From Octopus sinensis (Eukaryota), in the NCBI RefSeq assembly GCF_006345805.1, contig NC_042997.1, positions 26,722,001 through 26,786,000 on the forward strand: a DNA stretch of 64,000 nt. Reading direction: 5' to 3'. A model generated the notes under the pieces. That model made no database searches. It saw nothing but the letters and a program-made list of their open reading frames with translations, and was not told the origin of the DNA. Each line of letters opens with the position of its first letter. The stretch's first letter is position 1. The translations under genes and the position numbers were made by a program. This document shows, piece after piece, positions 51,916-64,000 of the stretch.

Positions 51916-53548
51916 GGACAAACAAATAAACTGACAAACTAACGTGTAAATTAAGGATACGCTGGACAATCGTTTCAAAAGAATAGTGAAATTATAATGG
52001 AATGTTCATGGACACACACACACACACAAAACGACAGCTTGATGATGACAGCTTTAAACGTAAACAAAATAAAAACGATAACTATAGTCTAGGAAGAACA
52101 TACTAGGCAGAGACATTTAGAAGTTGATCACTTTCATAAGCCTCAGTTAGTAACGGACACAAACACACTGAAACTGGAAGTTACGAAAAGTAAGGCAGAT
52201 TCGAAGTTACAGCCAATGGGTTTTAATTATATTGAGTCTACATAGACTCGATAACAAATTAACTTATAAGATTGCACGGTCTGCATTATATTGTCTCAGT
52301 TCATTAAAGGAATCGACATGTGTACTCTAATTATAATCATCTGTTACTTGTACATAATAGCGTCCACTTCCAATGCTGCATACCAAGTCTATATTCAATC
52401 AGAGTCACAAACACACACATTTATTTATACGTGTACATACATACATACATGCATACATACATATATGCATGCACGTGTCAATATTTACAATTTACAGTCG
52501 CAACGACTGCACTAAGTCTTCGTTATCTCTACCCTACTTTTTATCACAAACTCCGGAAATTCGTGCCTATGTTCTATTAAAATTTAAAAAAAGGAACAGT
52601 ATCGAAATTAAACACTGTCAGATTTCAAAAAATGAGATAGATTTCATGAAGATTAGGACGACAAGAATGTATTTGGGTATTTATTTAGAACGAGACATGT
52701 ATACACGTGATACAAGCAAAAGAAATATGATAATCATTAGACGCATGTTAAGAAAGAGCAAAGAAAAGAAGAAATTCATTTTACTCTTTCATACTGAATA
52801 AACTATTTACTGCTTTAGGGTGTTGACTCATTTTGAAATATAAGTTTATTTCTTCATTTTATGATGCAAGCATCACTTAAGATCACTTCCATGCTTTTAT
52901 GTCAAGAAAATATTTATTAAGTTGTATTAAAACAAACATAGCAATAATACTCGGGAAATGATATATTGATTTCTCTGGAGTAATTTTGAGTAAGTTCGAG
53001 CCCTTTATTTTTACAGAAGCGAAAACGACATGATGAATGTTGCTACTTTTTCGAGGTCACTGATGACAGAAGAGAATAAATGTGGCTTTAAGTAGGGAGT
53101 GGAAGAGGATTGCAGTGTTATCGTGAAGTTGTTTCTTAGTCTATGTTGTAACTAATATCCTTATATTAATATACTTAGAAAAATGGTTACATCAGTAAAC
53201 ATTTCTATATAGTAGAATAATAAATGCAAAAATGAAAAGTTTCTGATTTATATTTTAAATTTATTTTCAGAATGTGGATTTGTATCATAAAATACATGAT
53301 ATACATATACATTTGCTAAGTAGCATAAAAGAAAGAGATACCAGTAAAGCAGTTATATCAAAGGTGTTTGATTCCCTGATGGTACTAATTCATTTTAATT
53401 TCTTAATCTCTTCCCCAACGCGTTATAAATATCGTTCAGTTTTATCTAGCCGCTGCATGAACGTTAAGCCTTAAGATTAAGAAGGATATCAATTAAGTTA
53501 ATGCAATGAAAGCGCACACGCGCACACTCATGCGCATGCATATATGCA

Positions 53549-53627
<79 letters not shown>

Positions 53628-53638
53628 ATATATATATA

Positions 53639-53714
<76 letters not shown>

Positions 53715-53813
53715 TGTGCGTGTGTGTGTATGTATATGTATATATAAGAATTTTTTGCGTAATGAGATAAAAAACCAAGTCTGTGTAGATATTAGAACAT
53801 TTATAGATAGACG

Positions 53814-53865
53814 GTATTACAACTGTTTCCAGGATATTTATTAATTATATCCCTTCATCGGAGAC
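53814..53865 (-). ncRNA. Mirror minimal hammerhead variant in the left arm
   Basis: GTCT-CCGATGA-A-GGGATA-11 nt-TATCCT-G-GAAAC-AGTT-GT-A-ATAC. Confidence 0.5.
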
Positions 53866-54135
53866 GGTGTGAGAGGATAGTTAAGTAATGGTTAATTTAG
53901 ATAGGTTACAAAATAGAGAGTGAGGTGGAGGGAAGAAAGTAGATGTGAGCTATGTAGAGATATTGAATTTGTAGATCCATTTTTTAAGGCAGAATGGTAT
54001 GTATGTAAGATTCCAATACCTTATGAGTAAGATCCAACAGTATTTAAAATTTTAAATACTGTTTTCTTCCCTCCAACCCACTCTCTATTTTGTATCCTAT
54101 CCAAATTAACTATTATTTAACCATTGTCTCACACC

Positions 54136-54187
54136 GTCTCCGATGAAGAGGTATGATTAATAAATATCCAGGAAACAGCTGTAAGAC
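54136..54187 (+). ncRNA. Minimal hammerhead variant (CCGAUGA core)
   Basis: GTCT-CCGATGA-[stem II]-GAAAC-AGCT-GT-A-AGAC; stem I GTCT/AGAC; palindromic ACAGCTGT. Confidence 0.55.
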
Positions 54188-54402
54188 CTTCTATCTATAA
54201 ATGTTTTAATATCTACACAGCCTTGGTTTTATTTTATCTCATTACGCAAAAAAGTCTTATATATACACGCTAACATATGACCAACGGTGAATCCCTTATT
54301 CGCAAAATCAATGAACCTGGAACTTAATTATGGTGTATCTATAGCACTTATTCAGCATTACCTGACACCTTTGGGTCTCAATGACAGCATTACCGTTTAT
54401 AA

Positions 54403-54873
<471 letters not shown>

Positions 54874-55065
54874 TATATATATATTGCGTTGCAATTGAAA
54901 TATTCTGATATTTGAGAATAATCTCTTCTACTAAGTTAGATATTGCACAAGCACAATCTTCTGCGTGAAGAACCTGTAGATTGCTTTCAGGTCAATGTAC
55001 GAGCAGGCTTAGCACACAGAAGCAAGCATATCTAGGAGCAATAATCTAACAAATTTCAAAGGTAT

Positions 55066-55456
55066 ACTCTTTTACTTGTTTCAGTCATTTGACTGCGGCC
55101 ATGCTGGGGCACCGCCTTTAGTCGAGCAAATCGACCCCTGGACTTATTCTTTGTAAGCCCAGTACTTATTCTATCGGTCTCTTTTGCCGAACCGCTATGT
55201 GACGGGGATGTAAAGACACCAGCATCGGTTGTCAAGCAATGCTGGGGGGACAAACACAGACACACAAACATTTACACACACACTTATATATATATACATA
55301 TATACGACAGGCTTCTTTCAGTTTCCGTCTACCAAATCCACTCACAAGGCATTGGTCGGCCCGGGGCTATAGCAGAAGACACTTGCCCAAGATGCCACGC
55401 AGTGGGACTGAACCCGGAACCATGTGGTTGGTTAGCAAGCTACTTACCACACAGCC
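55066..55456 (-). mobile_element. SINE family B
   Basis: Full reverse-complement copy; tail carries gccccagc, identical to the 37.2-kb LINE end. Confidence 0.9.
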
Positions 55457-55564
55457 AAATATATGATAGCGGTGTGCAATATACTCAGTCCACTTATCCT
55501 GGCTACATTCAATATAACAACAACAATAGCAACAGCGACAACAACAACGAATATAATAATAATG

Positions 55565-55614
<50 letters not shown>

Positions 55615-55615
<1 letters not shown>

Positions 55616-56303
55616 GAAAAGAAATATTACAAGTAACTGCAGAATATGTGGGGATGGACAAGAGACAATAAATCATATTATCTCTAGCTGCCCAGTCCTG
55701 GCTAAGAAGGAATATATTCACAGACATGACAGAGTTGGAACCTACATACATTGAAAGCTATGCCAACATTATGGAATAACAACAGAAAAAAGATGGTATA
55801 GGCACACACCAGAAAAGGTCACAGAAAACGAGAAAGCAACCATACTCTGGGATATGCCGATACACACAGATAGAGAAATTAAGGCCAACAGACCAGATAT
55901 AGTTGTCAGAGATCATGAAGAAAAAAATTCTTTCTAATTGATGTATCAATACCGGCAGATGACAACGTGTCTCTAAAAGAAATGGAGAAACTCTCAAAAT
56001 ACAAAGACCTGGAAATAGAGGTAACTAGAATGTGGAACCTGAAAACAGAAACAATTCCTATCATAGTAGGTGCGTTAGGCATGATAAAAAAATATTCAGA
56101 CAAAAACATAACAAAAACACCAGGACTTACAAACACATATAACATACAGAAAATTGCACTACTAGGCACCGCACACATCTTACGCAGAACACTTTCCATA
56201 CAATAACCATCAGAGCATCACAACAAATCACAGCACATACCCAAGGCACACAGAGCTGCGCTCGGTAGTGAAGTGAAAGCACGCTATAAAAATAAAACTA
56301 CTG
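55615..56303 (+). mobile_element. 5'-truncated R4/Dong retrotransposon in (TAA)n, copy 1
   Basis: CCHC knuckle CRICGDGQETINHIISSC, LWDMPIHTD..RPDIVV..D, EKLSKYKDLEIE, LLGTAHILRR; internal TGA and frameshift. Confidence 0.88.
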
Positions 56304-56363
56304 AATAATAATAATAATAATAATAATTAATAATAATAATAATAATATAATAATAATAATAAT

Positions 56364-57050
56364 AGAAAAGAAATATTACAAGTAACTGCAGAATATGTGG
56401 GGATGGACAAGAGACAATAATCATATTATCTCTAGCTGCCCAGTCCTGGCTAAGAAGGAATATATTCACAGACATGACAGAGTTGGAACCTACATACATT
56501 GAAAGCTATGCCAACATTATGGAATAACAACAGAAAAAAGATGGTATAGGCACACACCAGAAAAGGTCACAGAAAACGAGAAAGCAACCATACTCTGGAT
56601 ATGCCGATACACACAGATAGAGAAATTAAGGCCAACAGACCAGATATAGTTGTCAGAGATCATGAAGAAAAAAATTCTTTCTAATTGATGTATCAATACC
56701 GGCAGATGACAACGTGTCTCTAAAAGAAATGGAGAAACTCTCAAAATACAAAGACCTGGAAATAGAGGTAACTAGAATGTGGAACCTGAAAACAGAAACA
56801 ATTCCTATCATAGTAGGTGCGTTAGGCATGATAAAAAAATATTCAGACAAAAACATAACAAAAACACCAGGACTTACAAACACATATAACATACAGAAAA
56901 TTGCACTACTAGGCACCGCACACATCTTACGCAGAACACTTTCCATACAATAACCATCAGAGCATCACAACAAATCACAGCACATACCCAAGGCACACAG
57001 AGCTGCGCTCGGTAGTGAAGTGAAAGCACGCTATAAAAATAAAACTACTG
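56364..57050 (+). mobile_element. 5'-truncated R4/Dong retrotransposon in (TAA)n, copy 2 (tandem duplicate)
   Basis: Same truncation point and lesions as copy 1; the only differences I saw are two 1-nt homopolymer deletions. Confidence 0.88.
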
Positions 57051-57051
57051 A

Positions 57052-57089
<38 letters not shown>

Positions 57090-57297
57090 TAATAATAATA
57101 ATAATAATGAATACACCGATGCAGCAAATATTTTGCTCAACATCACAGATTTGCTTGCCACTTATTTAGCCTTAACCAGTTGAGTATGTCCCTTTGTAGA
57201 TGTAACATCTCTTATCTTTCACTTGCCCTAGGAACCTGGGTGTGCCTCGGCGAGTGATTGTAGCAAACATATAGATTAAAAGTAAATAATAATAATG

Positions 57298-57340
<43 letters not shown>

Positions 57341-57729
57341 GGCCATTATCCATTTACTGGCCCATTTGTGAATTAGTGCTGATGAATTTTAAAGCAAACT
57401 ACTTTGAGCTGCTTTAATTATTCACACCAAATGGCAAACAAATGACGCAAATTCTCGACCATTAAAGCCGAATTTAAAATTGGAAAACTGCGAAAATTTG
57501 CGATCATGTCATGCGTTTGACACTTCATGTTACCAACACATATGCCTCTCTTTCTATCAGGGAAGCAATAATTAATATGCATTATAGAAATATGTCAGCG
57601 TATTGCTTGATTGTAAAGATTGCACTGAAAGATCACATATGTACATGCAACTTGGAAATGCGCGTACACACATGTTCATGCATACATTTGAGGTTCCTGG
57701 GTAAATACATCCACAGAAACATAAATATA

Positions 57730-57960
57730 TATTTCTTTACTACCCACAAGGGGCTAAATACAGAGGGGACAAACAAGGACAGACAAACGGATTAAGTCGA
57801 TTACATCGATCCCAGTGCGTAACTGGTACTTAATTTATCGACCCCGAAAGGATGAAAAGCAAAGTCGACCTCGACGGAATTTGAACTCAGAACGTAACGG
57901 CAGACGAAATACGGCTACGCATTTCGCCCGGCATGCAAACGTTTCTGCCAGCTCGCCGCC
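57730..57960 (-). mobile_element. Full-length SINE family A
   Basis: Reverse-complement consensus-like copy. Confidence 0.9.
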
Positions 57961-58674
57961 AGAATCATAAATATAGATTACACACACATACAGTCGCGAG
58001 CACACACACACACTAACAAATGCACACACAGTAACAAAAACGCGCACACATTCAATTCAAATATCCGTAAACAGCAACGATAGACCCTAGTGATCGTTTT
58101 GGATTCTACTGAGGAAACATGCTCACATACATACATACATATGCGTAAATGTGTGCGCGCGCGCGCGCGCGTGTGTGTGGGTGTCTGTGTATGTATATAG
58201 ATCCATTTTCTTCTCAGTCGTCCGTTGAGGAAACTATAACATCATAATTTTTTTGGTAAGTCTTCCTGCAAGTCTTCGATGCACGGTTGAGCATAATCTA
58301 CCATTGACTATATTGGATGCACGTTGACCCACCTATGTTCCTTCGCTTTTTAATAGATTTTGTTTTTCATACCGCACATTCTCCAAAAATCTCTCCCCTT
58401 ACTAAGCAAGCTTGCAGGAATTGCCGATTTAGTCCCCGACGACGCGAATATGCAATAGGTTGTACTAGGTTATATGTTACCAGTAGTGTAAGTGGGTGTT
58501 GGCATATATGTGTGAGTGTGTGAGTGAGTGTGTGCATGCATGTGTGTGTGTGTCTGTGTCAGCGTCTGAGTATGTGTGTGTTTGTGTGTATATGTGTGTA
58601 TTATTGTTTGGTGTTGACTGTTAAAAAAATAATACTCCTTACCGTAGTCAGGATTAATAATATATTTTAGTTTG

Positions 58675-59063
58675 AAGGTGGCGAGCTGGCAGAAACGTTA
58701 GCACGCTGGGCCAAATGCCTAGCGGTATTTTGTCTGCCGCTGTGTTCTGAGTTCAAATTTAGCCGAGGTCAACTTTGTCATTCATCCTTTCGGGGTCGAC
58801 AAATTAAGTACCAATTACGCACTGGGGTCGATGTAATCGACTTAATCCGTTTGTCTGTCCTTGTTTGTTCCCTCTGTGTTTAGCCCCTTGTGGGTAGTAA
58901 AGAAATAGGTATTTCATCTGCCTTTACATTCTGAGTTCAAATTCCGCTGTGTTCGACTTTGTCTTTCATCCTTTCGGGTCGATAAATTAAGCACCAATTG
59001 AGCACTGGTGTCGATCTATTCGATTCCCCTTCTCCAAAATTGCAGGCCTTGTGCCTAGAGAAG
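58675..59063 (+). mobile_element. SINE-A dimer (tail 1 + tail 2) with 16-bp TSD
   Basis: Junction AAAGAAATA|GGTATTTC at 58907/58908; aatatattttagtttg at 58659-58674 and 59064-59079. Confidence 0.88.
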
Positions 59064-60561
59064 AATATATTTTAGTTTGGTTGAATCAGTCACACGCTTG
59101 TCTGAGATTCACCTGGATCTGCATAGGGTTTACAGGCAAGGTAAGAAAAGTTGCCAAAGTATCCTGCATGGTACACAAATAGCTATTTCAATGTAATACT
59201 CTTGCTGCATATAACGAGTGTGTGTGTGTCTGTGTACAAGGTCACCGACACCAAACAACCCCATGAACAGGACCCGCAATTAACAATCCCAAATGCCTAC
59301 CAACCCCCAGCACTTACCAATCCCCAACGCTTCTTATGCGCATGTATACACATACATACCCGCTCGCGCGATTGCGAATATGCCTGCGCAAGCGTGTGTG
59401 CGCACCCATTAATATGAATAAGTACATGCATGCATGGTATATATATATGTATATATAAAGCAAAACGCATGAGTATGTATGCGCACATGTGTATGCACGT
59501 GTTTGTGCGCATGCATGTTTGTTCATATGTGGGGGTGGGGGCGTGCGTGTCCATGTACAGATGCCCAAGCTCGCAATAGTACAGACATGCACGCAAAAAC
59601 ATTTCAGCGTGTCTACAGACCCTCATATGCAACGGGATACTTGCACATATCGCCTCTTCGTAATTCCCCCCCAACAACCTGATCGATTTCCTGTCTACAG
59701 TATACCGATATACCAACATCAAACCACGACACCATGTGACCTTCCTCCACCGACCGCAGCCCACCTAGCGGTAATAACAGTAAAATTTTTTTCCTTCAAA
59801 TACAAAATGGCTGAAGATTAGCATCACGCTTGAAACTCGGAGTCCCAGCGACTTTGAATCAAAGTGTTTTGATCCATAAATATATATATATATACGTGTC
59901 TCTGTGTGTGTGTGTTTGTATATATATAGGATGCTGGGTAGGTAGTTAGTTATTTATTTGTAGATATGTCACTACAAAACGAAGTATCAGAGATCAAAGT
60001 GTAAAGCACGGCTTACACTTTTCTTAGCAGGGTAAGCGCAAATGTTACTCACAAAACTAGGGTTTCTTACTAAAGCACTTATTGAACTGGGACAAATATT
60101 TTGGAAATAAATTTATTGTTTGCTCTTAGCAATTGTCAGAATATTATAAATTTATTGTTGATATCACATGATTTCAGTGAATAAATTTGAAGGCTGACAT
60201 ACATCTGGAATATATAAACTCAATTAAAAAGTATATTGCCGCATGTTTGTAGATTCCTGTGCAATTCTTGTCGTATGATCGACCAATAAACATCTTATAT
60301 ACTCTGCTTTTACGACTTGAGATCTCTTTCTGTCGTTTCCAAAATAAAAAAAACTACGTAAGTAATGTTTGTTTTTACGATGATTAAATGAAACAATGAT
60401 ATCGTGTAACAAAAGTACCATAGACGAGTTTGCTACATATAGCGTGCAGATGTTGAATGGATACGCTTACAGCAACCACAACATAACAACAACAACAGCA
60501 ACGACAACAACAGCAACAGCAATAATAATAATAATAATAATGATAATAATAATAATCATAA

Positions 60562-60646
<85 letters not shown>

Positions 60647-60975
60647 ACATACTGAGTGAGGTGATGAAAGTGGTGTTGATGATGATGAAGATGATGATGA
60701 GGAGGAGGAGGAGGACCAGGGTAATGATGAAGATGGCGATGTTGATTGAAGGTGCTGCTGTTACTGGAGATGATGATGCTTATGGTTATGAAAATGATGG
60801 TGATGAAGATGATGGCGATGATGATGATGATAACGACGACGACGACGTCAACGATACTGACGCTGATGAAAACAGAACAAAACATGCAAATCACTGGAAA
60901 ATTAGAAATTTTCCATTACGAAATACAAACAAGAAAGTAATACGAAGAATAAACGTCGTGTGTCATTATATATAA

Positions 60976-61363
60976 CTAGCGGTATCGCCCGGCGTTGCTC
61001 GGGTTTGTAAGGGAAATAACTATATAAGCATTTTTAGAGATAATAGCCATCTCAATATGTCTAACCACAAAGGGGGGTGTTACTGTAACTTTTTACGTTC
61101 TGAGATTTAATAATACATTTTTAGAGAGTTACTTCCCTTATATAATAGCAAAAAAAAATGCATTAAAAATGGGAAAAAATTATGGTAAATTTTTTTTTAA
61201 ATCGTAGACTCATCGTAGACGCGCACTAATACCCAGAAGGGCTCGATATGAATCACGACTATAAGATACCCGCTTTTGGTTACACTGCATCGTAAAATGT
61301 GGGAGTAGTTAGGAATCTAAATCGTAGGAAACAGACACACAACTTCACTTTTATATATAAAGA
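60976..61363 (-). mobile_element. Non-autonomous Helitron, copy 2
   Basis: Minus strand A|TCTTTATATATAAAAG ... CCCGAGCAACGCCGGG cgataccg CTAG|T: TC start, subterminal hairpin, CTAG end, A/T target, no TSD. Confidence 0.8.
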
Positions 61364-62119
61364 TTTTTACGTGGGGACTTTGCACTAATTATTGTGTCGC
61401 TCTATGATTTACTAATAATACTGACAATGCGTGGCTAATAATGTTAGAGATTAAAGATAAGCAGCAATGATAATTGGAGGATTAGATAATGCTGACCTGT
61501 TAGAATTTTTGCTATAGGGGTTTTTATAGCAAGCGACTGCATTTTAGGAAATACAAGCTCGTGGATTTGGCCTATTGACAGCATTATTATGATTATGTTT
61601 GGAAAGTCTATTTATTCAAATTGGCGTGTTCCAAGCAAATCTAATCCGAGCGCAATCCCTACCACAAAGCATCAGATGACGTGCATTGCGAGAAATTCCT
61701 TTATACGTTTCTTATGAACCATGCAGCTAGCCCCGTATAAACAGAAGCTAACTGCTACTCTGCTTTATTTAGCAAGGTATGTTTTTCACCTGGGGAGAAC
61801 TTATATGCATAGGATGCAATATGTTGGTTGAAAAGAACCTTTAACAAACACATATCACACTTTCCCATTACTAGAATAGAACATATTTTAATGCGTGTCG
61901 CCATGAAATTTTGAATTGAGAAAAGAGCTTTCAATTTTCTTGGAAACGAAACAGGTTTCACCAGTCTTTTGAATAAAACCCGGTCCAACCTCTGGTACAA
62001 CTATCATACAACACAATATTTAGAGAAGATAAAAAGATAGGCATTCATTATGTATTCTGACCTTAGAATATGACCAGAAAAAACAACTCAAAGGGCTTCC
62101 ATTAATATAACCATCGTAA

Positions 62120-62246
<127 letters not shown>

Positions 62247-62273
62247 ATATGTGTGTATATATGTGTATATACA

Positions 62274-62321
<48 letters not shown>

Positions 62322-62327
62322 TATATG

Positions 62328-62419
<92 letters not shown>

Positions 62420-63228
62420 ATATATATATATAAATACGCACACACATATACATGCATACACACAAATATATACGCATGAATGTGCTGCGCTGCGCATGCA
62501 CACATATACATATATAAATAAAGACCATTTTCGTGTTGTCACCATGAGAAAATAAGTAGTATCCTGCTATTTGATAGAAATGAAAAGATGCCAAATCTTT
62601 CATAAGAAGACTGTCAAGTAAATTTACTTTTGAAAGAATCAAAACAAATGCAAAGGAATTGTGCGTGTGGTGAAAATTGAAAAATAATAATTCTTATTTT
62701 TATTTTATTATTCTACACTTTCGTGAATAGAAGCCGCTTTTGAGTTCTTGAGACTTAAGAGCATCTCAACGGCAAGAAAATTATGAGTTAAGATTTCAGT
62801 TCTTTTATCTTAATTATATGTCCGTGACTGACTAAATTTTCTTTTTTGAGATGGAAAACCCACAAGAAAGATGGAAGTAAAGTGAATTTCCGCTTGAATA
62901 ACGTATATTAAGTTGTCACCCAAAGCGTATTTTTTTTTAATGTTTAAACAAATCACTCCGGTCGCCTTATGGAAAGGTAACTTTTTTCCTGAATATCCGC
63001 AGTTTAAATTCGGGTTTATCCGATATATTCGTGCGTCATTTATGTCATCAAACATAATGGTGGGCTGAATAGTTCCTAGGCTGACTATGAAGGAGTGAGG
63101 CTAGAGCTGTGAAATCTTGCATGAATTTATTTTAGCACTTCTTATTAATAAATGCATTGTTTCTGTCGCGGTAAACTCAAATCTGACTGATCAAAGTAAA
63201 CTTTAAATAGTAGAGGCTTTTCTTCGAA

Positions 63229-64000
63229 ATGGACAAAATTCGGAATTGTGGTTTTATTAAGAGCCTACAGAAAAAGCTTTAGCCCACATGGCATTCATAC
63301 TGACATGATTTATAAACTGGGGGATAGCGCTACAGCTTTATCAATAGTGCAAAAGCGGGCAGCTGGATTTAGGAAGGGAAGGTCTTGAAGATGACCAAAG
63401 ATGTGCAATTACCACCACCGAAGAAACTACTAATGGTGTTTACCACATAGTGGTGAGTGACTGGAGAGTGACTATAAAACAGATAGCCAATGCTATTAGT
63501 ATATTTCGTGAGAGAGCTGAAATATTCTGCACCATGAACTTGGAATGACAAAGGTTTCTGCTCGATGGATGTCACGTCTTCTGACACCTAATCCAGAGCG
63601 CACCAAGTGGATCACATCACGGGATCATCTGACACTTTGAGTTATATCTATCTCGTTTCTTAGAATGTTTGCTAAAGAGGATAGCTGAGGGCTTCACTTT
63701 GAGCCAGAAACAATTCATGCAGTGGTAATTCTTCTCTTTGCCTGCTTCAAAAAAGGCCAAGCACATTTCATTTGTAGAGAATATATTGGCCTCAGATTTT
63801 GGGATGCAAATCGGGATTAAATTCCCATGAAAACTGAGGAAAAGAGACTTGTTTCATTAGGAAAATGCTTTAACACACAAATACTTATTTTCAACGACAG
63901 ATGTGCGTGAGTTTTGGCTTTGAAAACTTCTCCTCATCTGACCCCATCTGGCTATCATCTGTTCCCTAGCATGAAAAAATATTTGGCTGGGAAATCTCTA
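63229..64000 (+). pseudogene. Degenerate mariner transposase, runs off the window end
   Basis: MDKI..., GDSATALSIVQKRAAGFRKGR, HELGMTKVSARWMSRLLTP (WVPRLL-like) and DLTPSGYHLFPSMKKYLAGK (YSPDLAPSD-like). Confidence 0.85.

Larger units (their letters stand above)
53741..54265. mobile_element. Penelope-like element end: GIY-YIG C-terminal stub plus inverted pair of ~200-bp pseudo-LTRs
   Basis: Arms 53741-53938 and 54064-54265 are diverged reverse complements; the spacer on the minus strand reads FKILNTVGSYS / KVLESYIHTILP; hammerhead-like motif in each arm; 28-bp perfect palindrome at 54036-54063. Confidence 0.75.

Noticed and set aside
59060-59830. Candidate host exons or start (AG|GTAAGA donor near 59140, caaaatggctg near 59805); similar candidates at about 20810-20930
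   Set aside because: Frames are short or close quickly (MAED*), no recognisable protein, and such splice-like motifs are expected by chance.

Overview
AT-rich, microsatellite-saturated animal genomic DNA. I recognise no host protein-coding exon, rRNA, true tRNA or CRISPR array. The SINE families and repeat landscape suggest a coleoid cephalopod (octopus-like) genome; this is recalled, not searched. Almost all ORF-track entries are microsatellite translations or antisense shadows of transposon ORFs. Contents: (i) two near full-length, frameshifted CR1-type LINEs lying tail-to-tail (31.7-36.3 kb +, 37.2-42.4 kb -); both ORF1s start with a Myb/SANT-like module and carry CCCH fingers. (ii) A Tx1/L1 3' fragment inside (GATA)n, R4/Dong 3' fragments inside (TAA)n, and an RTE remnant. 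(iii) About 25 tRNA-type SINE copies of four families (called A-D here); the A and B tails match LINE 3' ends present in this window. (iv) Two mariner remnants, one DD37D/maT remnant, two non-autonomous Helitrons and a MITE. (v) Most notably, (TA)n-flanked fold-back elements carrying hammerhead-ribozyme motifs in both arms. One has a canonical core at 24188-24281; another is joined to a Penelope GIY-YIG stub. Alignments and folds were done by eye and coordinates of degenerate copies are approximate.
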